DNA of 64,000 nucleotides, from positions 317,937 through 381,936 of the forward strand of contig OY288106.1 of the NCBI GenBank assembly GCA_958431155.1, written 5' to 3'. Shown here in pieces: positions 10,183 to 19,673 of the stretch (position 1 is its first letter; each line of letters begins with the position of its first letter). This DNA comes from an uncultured candidatus Porisulfidus sp. Its GTDB lineage: Bacteria; Pseudomonadota; Gammaproteobacteria; Poriferisulfidales; Poriferisulfidaceae. A program made the translations under genes and the position numbers. The notes below the pieces were generated by a model. That model was given only the letters and a program-made list of their open reading frames with translations, searched no databases and was not told the DNA's origin.

Positions 10183-10402
10183 GGGGAGGATTGAGAGTCG
10201 TTCAGTGTTTTCGGGGGTTTTTGCCTGGTGCGGAGGAGCAGGGTTCGGGGAAAAACGTTAATACCGGGGCCAAGAGAGCATTGAGCACAATGATACACCA
10301 CGGGCAGCAGAAACCGCCCTTCGGGTTTCACGTTCACAGGCGTCGAATCAGCCAGCATGACGGTTTAGGGCTGGAAGTCATAAGCAGGTACGACGCGAAA
10401 AC

Positions 10403-10932
10403 CTACTCGCGGATAATGTTTTTTAGAAAACCATATGACTCCCGTTTTTTGAAGACTTGGCGGTGTGTCTTCAGCACCTCCTTGAGTTTCGACTCTCTCG
10501 ACATCAAGAGGTTCTCGAGATTGTTCATATCGAGATACGCCAGAGTGTCCATTTCGCCGCGAGGCCATTCCCTATTCGCCCAAGCCTCCTCAAGCTGCAC
10601 CTGGATTCCTTCGGGCAGTTTGAAAATAGCTTGAGGAGATCGTGCTCTTGGTCAGGAATGGCTCCCTCCCGTACACGGCACTGCCACGCCTTAAGCGCCA
10701 ATTCGATTCCAAGCGCGGTCAGCGCTGGGCCCAAATAGAATGCTCCCATAAAGGCATCCATTTTCTCCGCACCCGATCGTTGTCCCGGATCTTGCTTATC
10801 GTCCCCGCCGTTTGGATGAATTTTCTCTTCCAGGTCCTCAGAGATATCCCAAATGATCTTCGCTACAGCCATAATGTCATCGCAGTTGACAAGCCATTTG
10901 TCTGACTGCGCGCCTGTTTCTTCACTGGCCAT
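10403..10932 (-). pseudogene. Frameshifted all-alpha protein gene (possibly HEPN-like) in an AT-richer insert
   Basis: Two overlapping minus-strand frames (10525..10932 and 10403..10600) read through as ...EHDLLKLFS|KLPEGIQVQLEEAWANREW... if one base is restored near the T4/A3 runs at 10619..10626. A good SD (AGGAGA) lies 7 nt before the ATG at 10932. Confidence 0.5.
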
Positions 10933-11375
10933 TTGAGTCTCCTCTGGCCACGCTTTGGGGGTTCCAAGAGCCTACGCGTTGATCAAGCAGACTCAAGGCG
11001 GTGGAGGAGCGATGGCCTTCGTTCCCCGTCGTCGGATCGTCACACGTCGACCGCTGCACGGCCGCGCAATTGTATCCGGCCCGGGCGAACTTACAATGAT
11101 GCAGTATAGGGAGTGGGCATTATACGTGCCAATTTCCAGTCAAAATCCCTTCGAAAAATTTGGAAAACTTCCAAGTCATTTTTAATTATTTTTGCCCGCT
11201 AACATCCACTTTATTCTGTAGCCTATACAAACTATTGAAAATAAAATAAATATAGGTTTATTATTTATCTATATGAAAAATAAATATTTTATGTTCGGAT
11301 TCTTCCCTCAAGCAGGTCAGCTCCCATACATGATTCCCTGAATGTATAGCTCTAATAACCACTTGCAAATCTGGC

Positions 11376-12095
11376 TTACACCTCCGTTTCTGCCGCCTTG
11401 CGCAGGTGCATCAAATAGTTGATCCGGGGGCTGCCGCCGAGCCGGGCGGTGCGGGCCAGCGGGTTGTAGGCGATGCCGCGGACATCTTCCACCTCGAGGT
11501 GTAAATCACGCGCCGCCTGCGCCAGCTCGGACGGGCGGATGAAGCGATCGTAGCGGTGCGTGCCGACCGGCAGAATCCCGGCGAGGTGCTCGGCGCCGAC
11601 GATGGCAAGCATAAACGCGGAGACGGTGCGGTTGAGCGTGGACACGAACAGGGAGCCGCCCGGGCGCAGCAGTCGCTCGCAGTCGCCGAGCAGGGCCGGG
11701 AAGTCCGGGACGTGCTCCAGCAGTTCCATACAGGTCACGACGTCGAACACTTCGGGGCGCTGCTCGGCGAGCGCATTCGCGTCCTGCTCCAGGTATTCGA
11801 TGTCTAGGGCCTGTTCCCGGGCGTGCGCCCGGGCCTGCTCCAGCGCAGTGGCGGACAGGTCGGCGCCGGTGGCGTCGGCGCCCACGCGGGCCAGGCATTC
11901 GGTCAGCAGGCCGCCGCCGCAGCCGATGTCGAGCACGGTCTTCCCGGCCAGCAGGCAATGCTCTTCAATGTATTGGAAGCGGGCCGGGTTGATCGCGTGC
12001 AGGGCCCGCATCGGGCCCTGCGGGTCCCACCAGTCCAGGTCCGGGCGGTCGAACTGGGCCAGTTCGGTCGGGTCTCGGTTGGCTTCGGCGGTCAC
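11376..12095 (-). CDS. ubiG: Bifunctional 3-demethylubiquinone / 2-polyprenyl-6-hydroxyphenol O-methyltransferase
   Basis: WWDPQGPMRALHAINPARFQYI and the SAM motif VLDIGCGGGLL. The GTG start at 12095 overlaps the upstream gene's stop (GTGA). Confidence 0.9.
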   Translation of the reverse strand: MTAEANRDPTELAQFDRPDLDWWDPQGPMRALHAINPARFQYIEEHCLLAGKTVLDIGCGGGLLTECLARVGADATGADLSATALEQARAHAREQALDIEYLEQDANALAEQRPEVFDVVTCMELLEHVPDFPALLGDCERLLRPGGSLFVSTLNRTVSAFMLAIVGAEHLAGILPVGTHRYDRFIRPSELAQAARDLHLEVEDVRGIAYNPLARTARLGGSPRINYLMHLRKAAETEV

Positions 12096-13276
12096 AGGTT
12101 CTCGATGAACTGGATCCAGCCGCGGGCTTCGGCGGCGGACTTCTTGCTCTTCCGGGCCTTCGCAAAGGCCTCGAGGGCGTTCTTGAAATTCCCCTCCTCG
12201 TAGGCGCAGATGCCGCGCAGCAGTTGGAACGGTCCGGGGTCCTTGGGGCCGGCGCGCAGGCCGGCGTCGGCGCTCTTCAAGCAACCGCTCCAGCCTGCAT
12301 TTTGCGCATACAAGCGCGCCAGGCGCAGCCAGTCGCGCGGCTTCTTGGTCATTTCGGCGGCCTTGGTCAGGGGCGGGTAGGCCCGATCGTACTCGCGCGC
12401 CGCCATCCAGGAGTGGCCAAGCAGCAGCCAGTTGCGCGAGGTCGGCTCGATCATCTTGCGCCGCAGTCCGTCCTCCATCACGTTCGCGGCCAGCCAGGGC
12501 GCGTTCTGGAGGCGCATCAGCTGCGCCAGCCGGACCAGGTCGTCGCCGCGCTTCAGCAGCCCGTTCGAGTAGGCTACGCGCAGCACCGCCAGCGCCTGCG
12601 ACTCGCGGTCGCGCTCCATGTGCACCTGCGCCAGCTGCCGCCAGAACTCGACCTTGTCGGGGAATACCTGGATGGCCTCCTCCAGCAGTTTCTGCAGCGC
12701 GGACCAGTCGGATTGCCGCACGTAGATGGAGGCCAGGAACTGGTACTGCGAGTAGGACAGTTTGTCCGACTCGGCGCGGCCCTTGTCCGCCCAGCGCCGG
12801 GCGGGGCGTAGCGCGTTGAGTTCGAGATGGCAGGCGGCCAGCACGAAATAGGCATTGACGGGGACATCCTTCGCGTCGCGGACCCAGGCCTCCAGGGTCC
12901 TGATGGCGTCGCGGTAGCGGCCGACCTGGCTGTACAGCTGGCCAAGGTTGTAGCGGATCTGGTCGAGGCGCTGTTCCGGGACGGCGCCGGTCGCGAGCGC
13001 GGCCTCCATCGGGGTGATGGCGTCGCGGTAGCGGTCCTGCCCGAGCAGGAGGTCGACCTTGAGCAGCAGGGTCTGGGCCTGCTCGTAGTCGCTGAGCTTG
13101 CGGCGCAGCAGGCTGTCGGTTGCCCGTAGTGCCTCGGTGGGCTTGTCCGCCTCGCGCAACTCGTAGATCTCGCTGAGCTTGCGGAACACCTTCTCGGAGA
13201 GTGTGGCGGCGGGCAGTGGCGGGGCGGCCAGCACGGCGGCGACGAGGACGGCGACGGTGGCGAGGCGGGCGTTCAT
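12092..13276 (-). CDS. Secreted TPR-repeat protein of the TonB2-type cluster (TtpD-like position)
   Basis: Signal peptide MNARLATVAVLVAAVLAAPPLPAA, followed by repeated TPR-like helices. ATGA overlap with tonB. Confidence 0.8.
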   Translation of the reverse strand: MNARLATVAVLVAAVLAAPPLPAATLSEKVFRKLSEIYELREADKPTEALRATDSLLRRKLSDYEQAQTLLLKVDLLLGQDRYRDAITPMEAALATGAVPEQRLDQIRYNLGQLYSQVGRYRDAIRTLEAWVRDAKDVPVNAYFVLAACHLELNALRPARRWADKGRAESDKLSYSQYQFLASIYVRQSDWSALQKLLEEAIQVFPDKVEFWRQLAQVHMERDRESQALAVLRVAYSNGLLKRGDDLVRLAQLMRLQNAPWLAANVMEDGLRRKMIEPTSRNWLLLGHSWMAAREYDRAYPPLTKAAEMTKKPRDWLRLARLYAQNAGWSGCLKSADAGLRAGPKDPGPFQLLRGICAYEEGNFKNALEAFAKARKSKKSAAEARGWIQFIENL

Positions 13277-13899
13277 TTCTCGAGCTCGAACTTGAGCATC
13301 ACGCGAACGTTGGATCGTGGCTGCACCTTGCCGTCGACCACCTGAGGCTTGTATTTCCACTTGCGCACGGCCTTGGTGGCGGCGCGGCCGAACACGCCGG
13401 GCGGATCTTCGGCGACCACCCGGACATCCTCGGTGGCGCCGTTGGTGTTGATGGTGAACGCGACCTCGGCCCAGCCCTCGATGCCGCGGCGGCTTGCGCG
13501 GGACGGGTAGACCGGGGTGACGCGCATGATCGGCAGGGGGTCGCGGCTGCTGGCCCAGCCCTTCGACAGGTCGCCACCGGCCATCAGGTCGAGCTGGTAG
13601 GGGGTGGCCGAACTGGCGGCGAGTTTCAGGCTGTCCGGGTTGAGGGACTCGGCCTCCTGTCGGCTTTCGGGCATCTTCGGCTTCTTCGGCTTCTGCGTTT
13701 TCGGCGGCAGCTTGCGCTGGGCCGGGGTGAGATCGCGTTTCTGCAGGCGCACGAAGTCGAAGCGCACCGGGTCCGGGGCATCCCGGAGGCCGGCGAGGTC
13801 CGTCGCCACCAGGGAGTACATCAGGATGAACAGGGCGAACACCGCGCCGACAGCGGCCGCCGTAATCAGGGGGATGCGCAGCCCGTCCCGGAGGGTCAT
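13273..13899 (-). CDS. tonB: TonB-family energy transducer
   Basis: N-terminal TM anchor, a Pro/Lys-rich spacer (PPKTQKPKKPKMPE) and a TonB C-terminal domain (PVYPSRASRRGIEGWAEVAFTINTNG). Confidence 0.85.
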   Translation of the reverse strand: MTLRDGLRIPLITAAAVGAVFALFILMYSLVATDLAGLRDAPDPVRFDFVRLQKRDLTPAQRKLPPKTQKPKKPKMPESRQEAESLNPDSLKLAASSATPYQLDLMAGGDLSKGWASSRDPLPIMRVTPVYPSRASRRGIEGWAEVAFTINTNGATEDVRVVAEDPPGVFGRAATKAVRKWKYKPQVVDGKVQPRSNVRVMLKFELEK

Positions 13900-14306
13900 T
13901 GCTGATCCGGGCTCGCCGCGAGGGCGATTTTCTCCACCCCGGCCTGCCGGATCTGATCCATGACTTGCACCAGCATGTCGTTGCGGGAGTCGCGGTCGGC
14001 CTGGATGACCACGCTGCCTTGCGGGTTCTCGGCCTGCAGGCGCAGGACGTGGGCGTGCACGGAGCGCACGTCCACCGGCTGGTGGTTGATCCAGACCTCG
14101 TCCTCGTCCGTGATGCCGATCAGGATGGAGCCTTGGCTCTGCATGACCGCGGTGTCCGCTTTCGGCCGGTCGATCTCGACCCCGGATTCCTTGACGAAGG
14201 AGGCGGTCACGATGAAGAAGATCAGCATGATGAAGACGATGTCGATCAGGGGGGTGATGTCCATCCCCTGGTCCTCCTCGGATTCGCTGCGGTGGATGAC
14301 TCTCAT
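13896..14306 (-). CDS. exbD: ExbD/TolR biopolymer transport protein
   Basis: DITPLIDIVFIMLIFFIV TM segment and the ExbD periplasmic domain. 4-nt overlap with tonB. Confidence 0.9.
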   Translation of the reverse strand: MRVIHRSESEEDQGMDITPLIDIVFIMLIFFIVTASFVKESGVEIDRPKADTAVMQSQGSILIGITDEDEVWINHQPVDVRSVHAHVLRLQAENPQGSVVIQADRDSRNDMLVQVMDQIRQAGVEKIALAASPDQQ

Positions 14307-14322
14307 GGCGGTGGGCGGGCGG

Positions 14323-14886
14323 TTACCTGCGCATGCGGGCCGGCAGCAGCAGGTGTTCGCGCAGGACCGCGTTCTCGCGGCGCGCGCGGTGCTCGAACAG
14401 CGTGATGAAATAGTAGCCGGACAGGGCGATGACCAGGCCGGCGAACGTCGGGTAGGTGGCGCGGGAGATGCCGTCGCTCAGCAGGCGCGCGCTGTTGTTG
14501 CCGGTGATCGACATGGTCGAGAACACCTCGACCATGCCGGTGATGGTGCCAAGCAGGCCGAGCAGTGGGCAGATCTGCACCAGCCCTTTGATGGCCATCA
14601 TGCCGTGGCTCGCGCGGATGCGCGATTCGGATACCCACCGCCGCCGCAGCCACAGGGCCTTGCGCGTGTCCCAGCGCGCCTCCCAGGCGAGCACCAGTTC
14701 CAGCTTGTCCGACAGCCGCTTCGCGTCGCGGCGGTGGCGGCTCGGGCCGAAGAAGAACCAGATCCGCTCGATGATGAACCACCACAGCAGGAAGGCGACG
14801 CCGAACAGGATCAGCAGCACGTCGCCGCCGGTGTACAGCAGGGCCTCGACGTTCGAGTAGTGCCCGTAGAGCCAGGCCTGGATCAT
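14323..14886 (-). CDS. exbB: MotA/TolQ/ExbB proton-channel protein (short form)
   Basis: Conserved channel segment LVQICPLLGLLGTITGMVEVF and three TM helices. Confidence 0.85.
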   Translation of the reverse strand: MIQAWLYGHYSNVEALLYTGGDVLLILFGVAFLLWWFIIERIWFFFGPSRHRRDAKRLSDKLELVLAWEARWDTRKALWLRRRWVSESRIRASHGMMAIKGLVQICPLLGLLGTITGMVEVFSTMSITGNNSARLLSDGISRATYPTFAGLVIALSGYYFITLFEHRARRENAVLREHLLLPARMRR

Positions 14887-16208
14887 GGTTGCTTGGTGTG
14901 CGCGACCAGCCCGAGGCTCTGCTCCTCGACGATCTGGCGGATTCGCACGCTGTAGGAGCGGGCCATGGTGAGCAGCAGCAGGATCGGGATCGCGGCGCTG
15001 AGGCCGAGCGCGGTGGTGACCAGGGCCTGGCTGATGCCGCCGGCCATCATGCGGGGGTCGCCGGTGCCGAACAGGGTGATGGCCTGAAAGGTCTGGATCA
15101 TGCCGGTCACGGTGCCGAGCAGGCCGAGCAGGGGGGCGACGGCCGCCAGCACGCGCAGCATGTTGAGCCCCCAGTTGAGCCTCGGCAGTTCCTCGCTGAT
15201 CGCTTCGTGCACCCGGTCCTCGCGCGACTCCGGATCCATGTCCGCGTGCTTGTGGTAGACCTCGGCGATGCGCCCGAGCGCGTTGTTCGCCTTGGGATGG
15301 TCGATGTCTTTCTGCTGGCGCCGGACCCGGCGCATGTGCACGGCCAGCGCAATGCTGCGACCGATCGCGAACAGGACGCCGAACACTCCGATGAGAATGA
15401 TGAGGTAGCCGATCACCCCGCCCTGTTCGATCCGCTCGAGCAGGTCCGGCGCGTCCACCAGCAGCGAGAGGATGGCGCCGCGCGACGGATCGACGACGGC
15501 CCGTACGTGGCCTTCGATCGCCCCCTGCAGGTCGCTTGCGACGCCGCGCAGCGAGGCCGGCGGCTGGCGCGGTAGGATGACCAGGTCCCGGGCGTCGTCG
15601 GTGAAGCTGAGGAAACGGCCGTCGGTGGAGGCGGTGAACACGCCGACGCGAACCACCGAGGCGTCGGTGCGCATGCCGTCGGGCTGGGTGACCTGGGTGT
15701 CGAAGCGGACCACCCGTCCCTGCTGGTTCAACTCCTCCAGGGCCGCGTACAGCAGCTGGTCCATGTCGGCGACGGTGGTCGCGTGCTCGTCATCGCCGAT
15801 GATGTCGAGCGGCGCGATCCGGTCGGGGATCTGGGTGCTGACCAGCGACTGCAGGAAGTGGCCCTTGAGCTCGACCGCCCACAGTTTGGCGGTGGCAAGC
15901 ACTTCCTTGTAGTGCACGGTGAGGATGTCGAGTTTCTCGCGCCGGCGGACCAGCTCCTCCTCGCCCTCGGCGAAGCGCTTCTCCATGTCGCGGCTGCGCT
16001 TCTCTTCCGCGCGGATCAGGCCCTGGACCTCCTTGAGCATGGCCGCGCGTTCTTCTGCGGTGGCGCGGAACTTCGCCAGACGCTCCTGGATCTCGCGGGT
16101 CTCCTGCGTCTGGTCGGCCCGCATGCGCGTGAGCAGGTCATCGAGAGGTGCCGAGATCGCTGCCGTGTGGGCGATCGCCACCAGGACTAGGGTGGCGGCC
16201 CGAATCAC
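14883..16208 (-). CDS. MotA/TolQ/ExbB-family protein with a large N-terminal periplasmic domain (TtpC-like)
   Basis: The C-terminal part carries AAVAPLLGLLGTVTGMIQTF. The long coiled N-terminal extension is typical of the large ExbB paralogue in TonB2 systems. Confidence 0.85.
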   Translation of the reverse strand: MIRAATLVLVAIAHTAAISAPLDDLLTRMRADQTQETREIQERLAKFRATAEERAAMLKEVQGLIRAEEKRSRDMEKRFAEGEEELVRRREKLDILTVHYKEVLATAKLWAVELKGHFLQSLVSTQIPDRIAPLDIIGDDEHATTVADMDQLLYAALEELNQQGRVVRFDTQVTQPDGMRTDASVVRVGVFTASTDGRFLSFTDDARDLVILPRQPPASLRGVASDLQGAIEGHVRAVVDPSRGAILSLLVDAPDLLERIEQGGVIGYLIILIGVFGVLFAIGRSIALAVHMRRVRRQQKDIDHPKANNALGRIAEVYHKHADMDPESREDRVHEAISEELPRLNWGLNMLRVLAAVAPLLGLLGTVTGMIQTFQAITLFGTGDPRMMAGGISQALVTTALGLSAAIPILLLLTMARSYSVRIRQIVEEQSLGLVAHTKQP

Positions 16209-16990
16209 GGCGCGTCCTCCGGCGCCTGCACCGAAAGCACCAGAAGGTCTGGTGCGACCTGCTTCTTTGCCATGCGGACCGCCTTCTCCAGATTATGGCG
16301 CAGTCCTTCCGTTAGTTGCCACTGCCTCGATTGGTTGTCCCATTCGTAGATGATGTTGCGGTCGGCAGACATCGCGTACAGCGCGATCCGTCCGACCCGC
16401 AGGATGGTGACCATCAGGCTCTTGCCGTCGATCTCCAGGGTGTCGGAGTAGGTCTCCAACGTCCGCCCGTAGTCCAGTTCGATCTGGTAGGCCTCGTACA
16501 GGCTGCGGTATTTGGTGGCGAGCGGCAACTCGGGGTTGTCCAGGATTGCGCGCAGGCGCGCGTGACGGTTCTGCCGCTCGGCCGCGAGGAACGGCATGTC
16601 CTGCTCGATGAGGGTGCCGAACGCGTCGTGCATGCGCTCCATCAGGGGAATCAGTTCGCGGTCCATGGAGCCGGTTTTCTGGATCCGCGCGTCGAGGTCG
16701 TCGAGGACCGCCTGCTGCTCGTCGAGCAGGGCCTGCAACTGGCGGGTGTAGGTGCGCAGGCCTTCCAGTTCGATCAGTTTCGAGCGGTACTCGGCGTAGG
16801 CATCCTGCGCAGCCTCGTCGAGTTGGTCGATCTTCTGCTGGGCGCTCGCTTGCTCGGCGGTGGAGTTGGCGGCAAGGCGGGTCAAGGTCGACAGGTCCGC
16901 CGCTGCAGCCAAGCCGCTTCCGAACAGGATCGCGGCACTGCACAGGAACGCTGGGTGCAACCGGGAGCGTCGACAGTGGACTGCGGCCAT
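16205..16990 (-). CDS. DUF3450-family periplasmic protein (first gene of the TonB2-type cluster)
   Basis: Signal peptide (MAAVHCRRSRLHPAFLCSAAILFGSGLAAAA) and the conserved MPFL...RL..L and YQIELDYGRT segments. ATG at 16990 chosen inside ORF 16205..17083. Confidence 0.8.
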   Translation of the reverse strand: MAAVHCRRSRLHPAFLCSAAILFGSGLAAAADLSTLTRLAANSTAEQASAQQKIDQLDEAAQDAYAEYRSKLIELEGLRTYTRQLQALLDEQQAVLDDLDARIQKTGSMDRELIPLMERMHDAFGTLIEQDMPFLAAERQNRHARLRAILDNPELPLATKYRSLYEAYQIELDYGRTLETYSDTLEIDGKSLMVTILRVGRIALYAMSADRNIIYEWDNQSRQWQLTEGLRHNLEKAVRMAKKQVAPDLLVLSVQAPEDAP

Positions 16991-17055
16991 GTTCCTGTTC
17001 GTCGGGTCGGGAAATCCGGTCTGGTACTCTATCATGACCCCATTCCCGGCACGGC

Positions 17056-17694
17056 CTACAGGGCGGAGTGCTCCAGGTTCCACAACGCGATCTGCGCCAC
17101 CGTCCCGCCGCCGACCAGGTCCATCTTGCGCAACTGCTGGAGGCGGGCCGTGGTGCCCTTCAGCCGCTTTTTCCGGAACAGGGAATGCAGCAGGTCGCAG
17201 GCGTCGGCGATGCAGATCAGGGCAATGTCCTGGGGATTCGGGATCTCGTCCTCGGAAAACAGGACGCTGGCGATACGCTCCCGGGCGTCGGTCTCGCCGG
17301 TCTGCCGGTAGCGCGGGGCCCGCAGGCCGAGGAAGCTCCGTTTCCGGTACCCCAGGATGCCCTGCTCGACGAGGCCGGCGAGCGCGTGCTCCCGGATTGC
17401 GTCGCCGTGTTCGGGCACCAGCGCCTGCAGCCAGTCCCAGATGTCGCGGGCCCTGTCGCTGTTCGCGATGGTCGCGAGCACGGGGTCGAGGAAAAGCTTG
17501 CCGGTAGGGGTCGGGTCGACCGCCTCCAGGTGTTCGAGATCGGTGTCGATGCGGTTGGCGAGCTCCAGGTCCAGCAGGGCGGAGCCGGTCAGGGCGTGGC
17601 GCAGGGTCGCCCGGCTGCTCCCCGGGAAGCGTCCGCCGTCCCGTTGTAGCGTGAGCAGCAGCATGTCTTCGGTGACGGTCAGCATGGGCGGCAA
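17056..17694 (-). CDS. GPP34/GOLPH3-like family protein (assigned from sequence pattern only)
   Basis: The N-terminal LTVTEDMLLLTLQRDGGRF pattern and the overall helical layout resemble bacterial GPP34 proteins. No catalytic motif. Confidence 0.45.
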   Translation of the reverse strand: MPPMLTVTEDMLLLTLQRDGGRFPGSSRATLRHALTGSALLDLELANRIDTDLEHLEAVDPTPTGKLFLDPVLATIANSDRARDIWDWLQALVPEHGDAIREHALAGLVEQGILGYRKRSFLGLRAPRYRQTGETDARERIASVLFSEDEIPNPQDIALICIADACDLLHSLFRKKRLKGTTARLQQLRKMDLVGGGTVAQIALWNLEHSAL

Positions 17695-17754
17695 TCCAGG
17701 GGCTCGGCCTTCATTCTACATAGAGCGGAGGCCGCCTGGCGGCTCCGGGTGTGT

Positions 17755-19566
17755 TCAGTCCTGGGTGCGGTAGTATGGCTGGCCGGCTCCGCGCTCCGGC
17801 TGTGGCGCGGGCAGGGGGCGGCCGCCGGTGAAGCGGGCCCACTCGAGAGTCCGGAACACGCGGCGTCCCTCGCGCAGGGAGAGTGCGCCGGTCCAACCGT
17901 CGAGCGTAGCGTCGGGATAGTTCTCCAGGTAACCGAGGCTCGTCGCCAGCAGGTAGGCGTCGGCGCCGAGTGCGGCGAAGCGCGGCAGCTGGCGTGCATG
18001 CAGGGACGTGCCGAGCCGCTCGCGCAACCGGTCGTCCAGCACCAGTGGGATGTCGCAGAACAGTGCGCCTTCGAGGTCCTGGTCTTGCAGCGGGCTCGGG
18101 ATGCCGGTGTAGATGTGTGAAGTGGCGTACAAAGGGAGGTCGCCGGCGTAGTAGAAGTCGAGCTGTGGCTTGAACAGGCGGGCATTGCGCGGCGAGCTGG
18201 CCAGGAACACCATGTCGATGTCCTGGCGGCGGGTCGGGCGGGAGACTACCTCCCGGCCGAGGACTTCCTCGAGCTGCCGCTTGCGGTGCTCGCCCTCGGA
18301 GAGTTTCAGGATGTCCTTGATCTTGGAGGCATGGTCGGAGGCGTTTGCGAAGTAGAAGCCGTGCCCGCGAACGGTGCCGCCGCCGGCTTCGAAGCGTTCG
18401 GTGAACGCGCGGTCGAGACGCTGCCCCCAGGTGCTGGCGGGCGCGAACACGACAGCGTCGCGGCGGCCTTCCTCAAGCGCGCGTTCGGCGGCCTGGGTCG
18501 CTTCGTCCTCCGGCAGCAGGCCGAACTGGTAGAGGTTTTCGGGGGGATGGGTGTTCGGGTCGAGGTAGTTGAGGCTGATCGTATCAATTGGCAGAGTCCC
18601 GGTGCGCACGAGGCGGCTAACGGTGTCCTTGTCGAACGGGCCGATAATGCGCTGCGCGCCTTCGGCGACGGCCTGCTGGTAGAGCTCGCTCGGGGTATGC
18701 ACCGGGTCGCCGGTGTCGTAAATGCGCAACTTGGGCACACTGCCAGCTTGGCGGCGCATGCCGGCCTCGATGCCGAGTCGGATGGCGCGGCCGATCGGCG
18801 CGAAGTCGCCGCTGACCGGAATCAGGGCGGCGAGCCTGCGCAGGTCCGGGTGCAGGCGTTCGAACGCTTTGGCGATGGCCGGCAGCCAGCGCCACGCCGG
18901 GTGCCCGTCGTAGCGGTGTTTCCAGTCGTCGAGGTCAACCTGCGGCGAGGCGCTGCGCGGCCCGTCGGTGCGCGCCAGCAGCGCAAGCTCCAGCCAGCCG
19001 CGCCAGGTAGCGTCGCCGGTGCGGTCCCGCCAGGACTCGAGGTCGGTACGAGGCGCGGTGAGCAGGGTATCCCAGGTCTTGCGGTGCTGTGCGTCGCGCA
19101 GGGCGTCGTCGCCGGGCCGCGCGGCCAGGCGAAGGCGGATGCGCAGGGCGTTCTCGGGATCGCCGAGATGGTCGTAGACGCGGGCGCGCAATTCGAGGAC
19201 GACGTCATCGTCAGGCAGGGTCGAGAGGGCAGTCAGTGCGGCGAGTTCCTCGCCGCCGTGCAGCAAGGCTTGTGCCTGGATCAGGCGCAGGGTCGTTTTC
19301 TGCGCCGAATCGAGGGCGGAAACGTCAAGTTCGGGCAGCCACGCCGAGATCGCACTCCAGCGTTCGAGCCCGGCCCACTCGCGGAGTAGTTCGAACTGCT
19401 TCAGCGGGCGTTCGTCCTCGGGCCAGCCGCGCACCTCCTCCCACGCCTGCTCCGGCGGCAGGCTCAGGACCTCGTCCCAGGACGGAGCCGTAGGCGGCGG
19501 CGCGACCTCGCAGCCAACGAGCCACAGGGCGGCGAGAAGCGGAACCAGAGATAAACGCGACGGCAT
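17755..19566 (-). CDS. lpoA: Penicillin-binding protein activator LpoA (YraM) lipoprotein
   Basis: Lipobox (LAALWLVGC), an N-terminal TPR-like domain and a C-terminal type-1 periplasmic-binding fold (RIIGPFDKDTV). It is divergent from rsmI, as in E. coli. Confidence 0.82.
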   Translation of the reverse strand: MPSRLSLVPLLAALWLVGCEVAPPPTAPSWDEVLSLPPEQAWEEVRGWPEDERPLKQFELLREWAGLERWSAISAWLPELDVSALDSAQKTTLRLIQAQALLHGGEELAALTALSTLPDDDVVLELRARVYDHLGDPENALRIRLRLAARPGDDALRDAQHRKTWDTLLTAPRTDLESWRDRTGDATWRGWLELALLARTDGPRSASPQVDLDDWKHRYDGHPAWRWLPAIAKAFERLHPDLRRLAALIPVSGDFAPIGRAIRLGIEAGMRRQAGSVPKLRIYDTGDPVHTPSELYQQAVAEGAQRIIGPFDKDTVSRLVRTGTLPIDTISLNYLDPNTHPPENLYQFGLLPEDEATQAAERALEEGRRDAVVFAPASTWGQRLDRAFTERFEAGGGTVRGHGFYFANASDHASKIKDILKLSEGEHRKRQLEEVLGREVVSRPTRRQDIDMVFLASSPRNARLFKPQLDFYYAGDLPLYATSHIYTGIPSPLQDQDLEGALFCDIPLVLDDRLRERLGTSLHARQLPRFAALGADAYLLATSLGYLENYPDATLDGWTGALSLREGRRVFRTLEWARFTGGRPLPAPQPERGAGQPYYRTQD

Positions 19567-19673
19567 GGTTTCTGGAAGAACGGGCTCTATTGTAAAGGCA
19601 GGGTTTCCTGCCCGGCGGCGGCCCGGTATGATGATGCGCGGCGCCGTTTCCGGCGTCGGACCGGAATGCCCGC

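Noticed and set aside
10955-11185. A 76-aa plus-strand ORF, and ORF 10191..10634, in the ubiG-gph insert
   Set aside because: They have non-ATG or weak starts, no SD and odd composition. 10191..10634 is antisense to the better-supported frameshifted gene.
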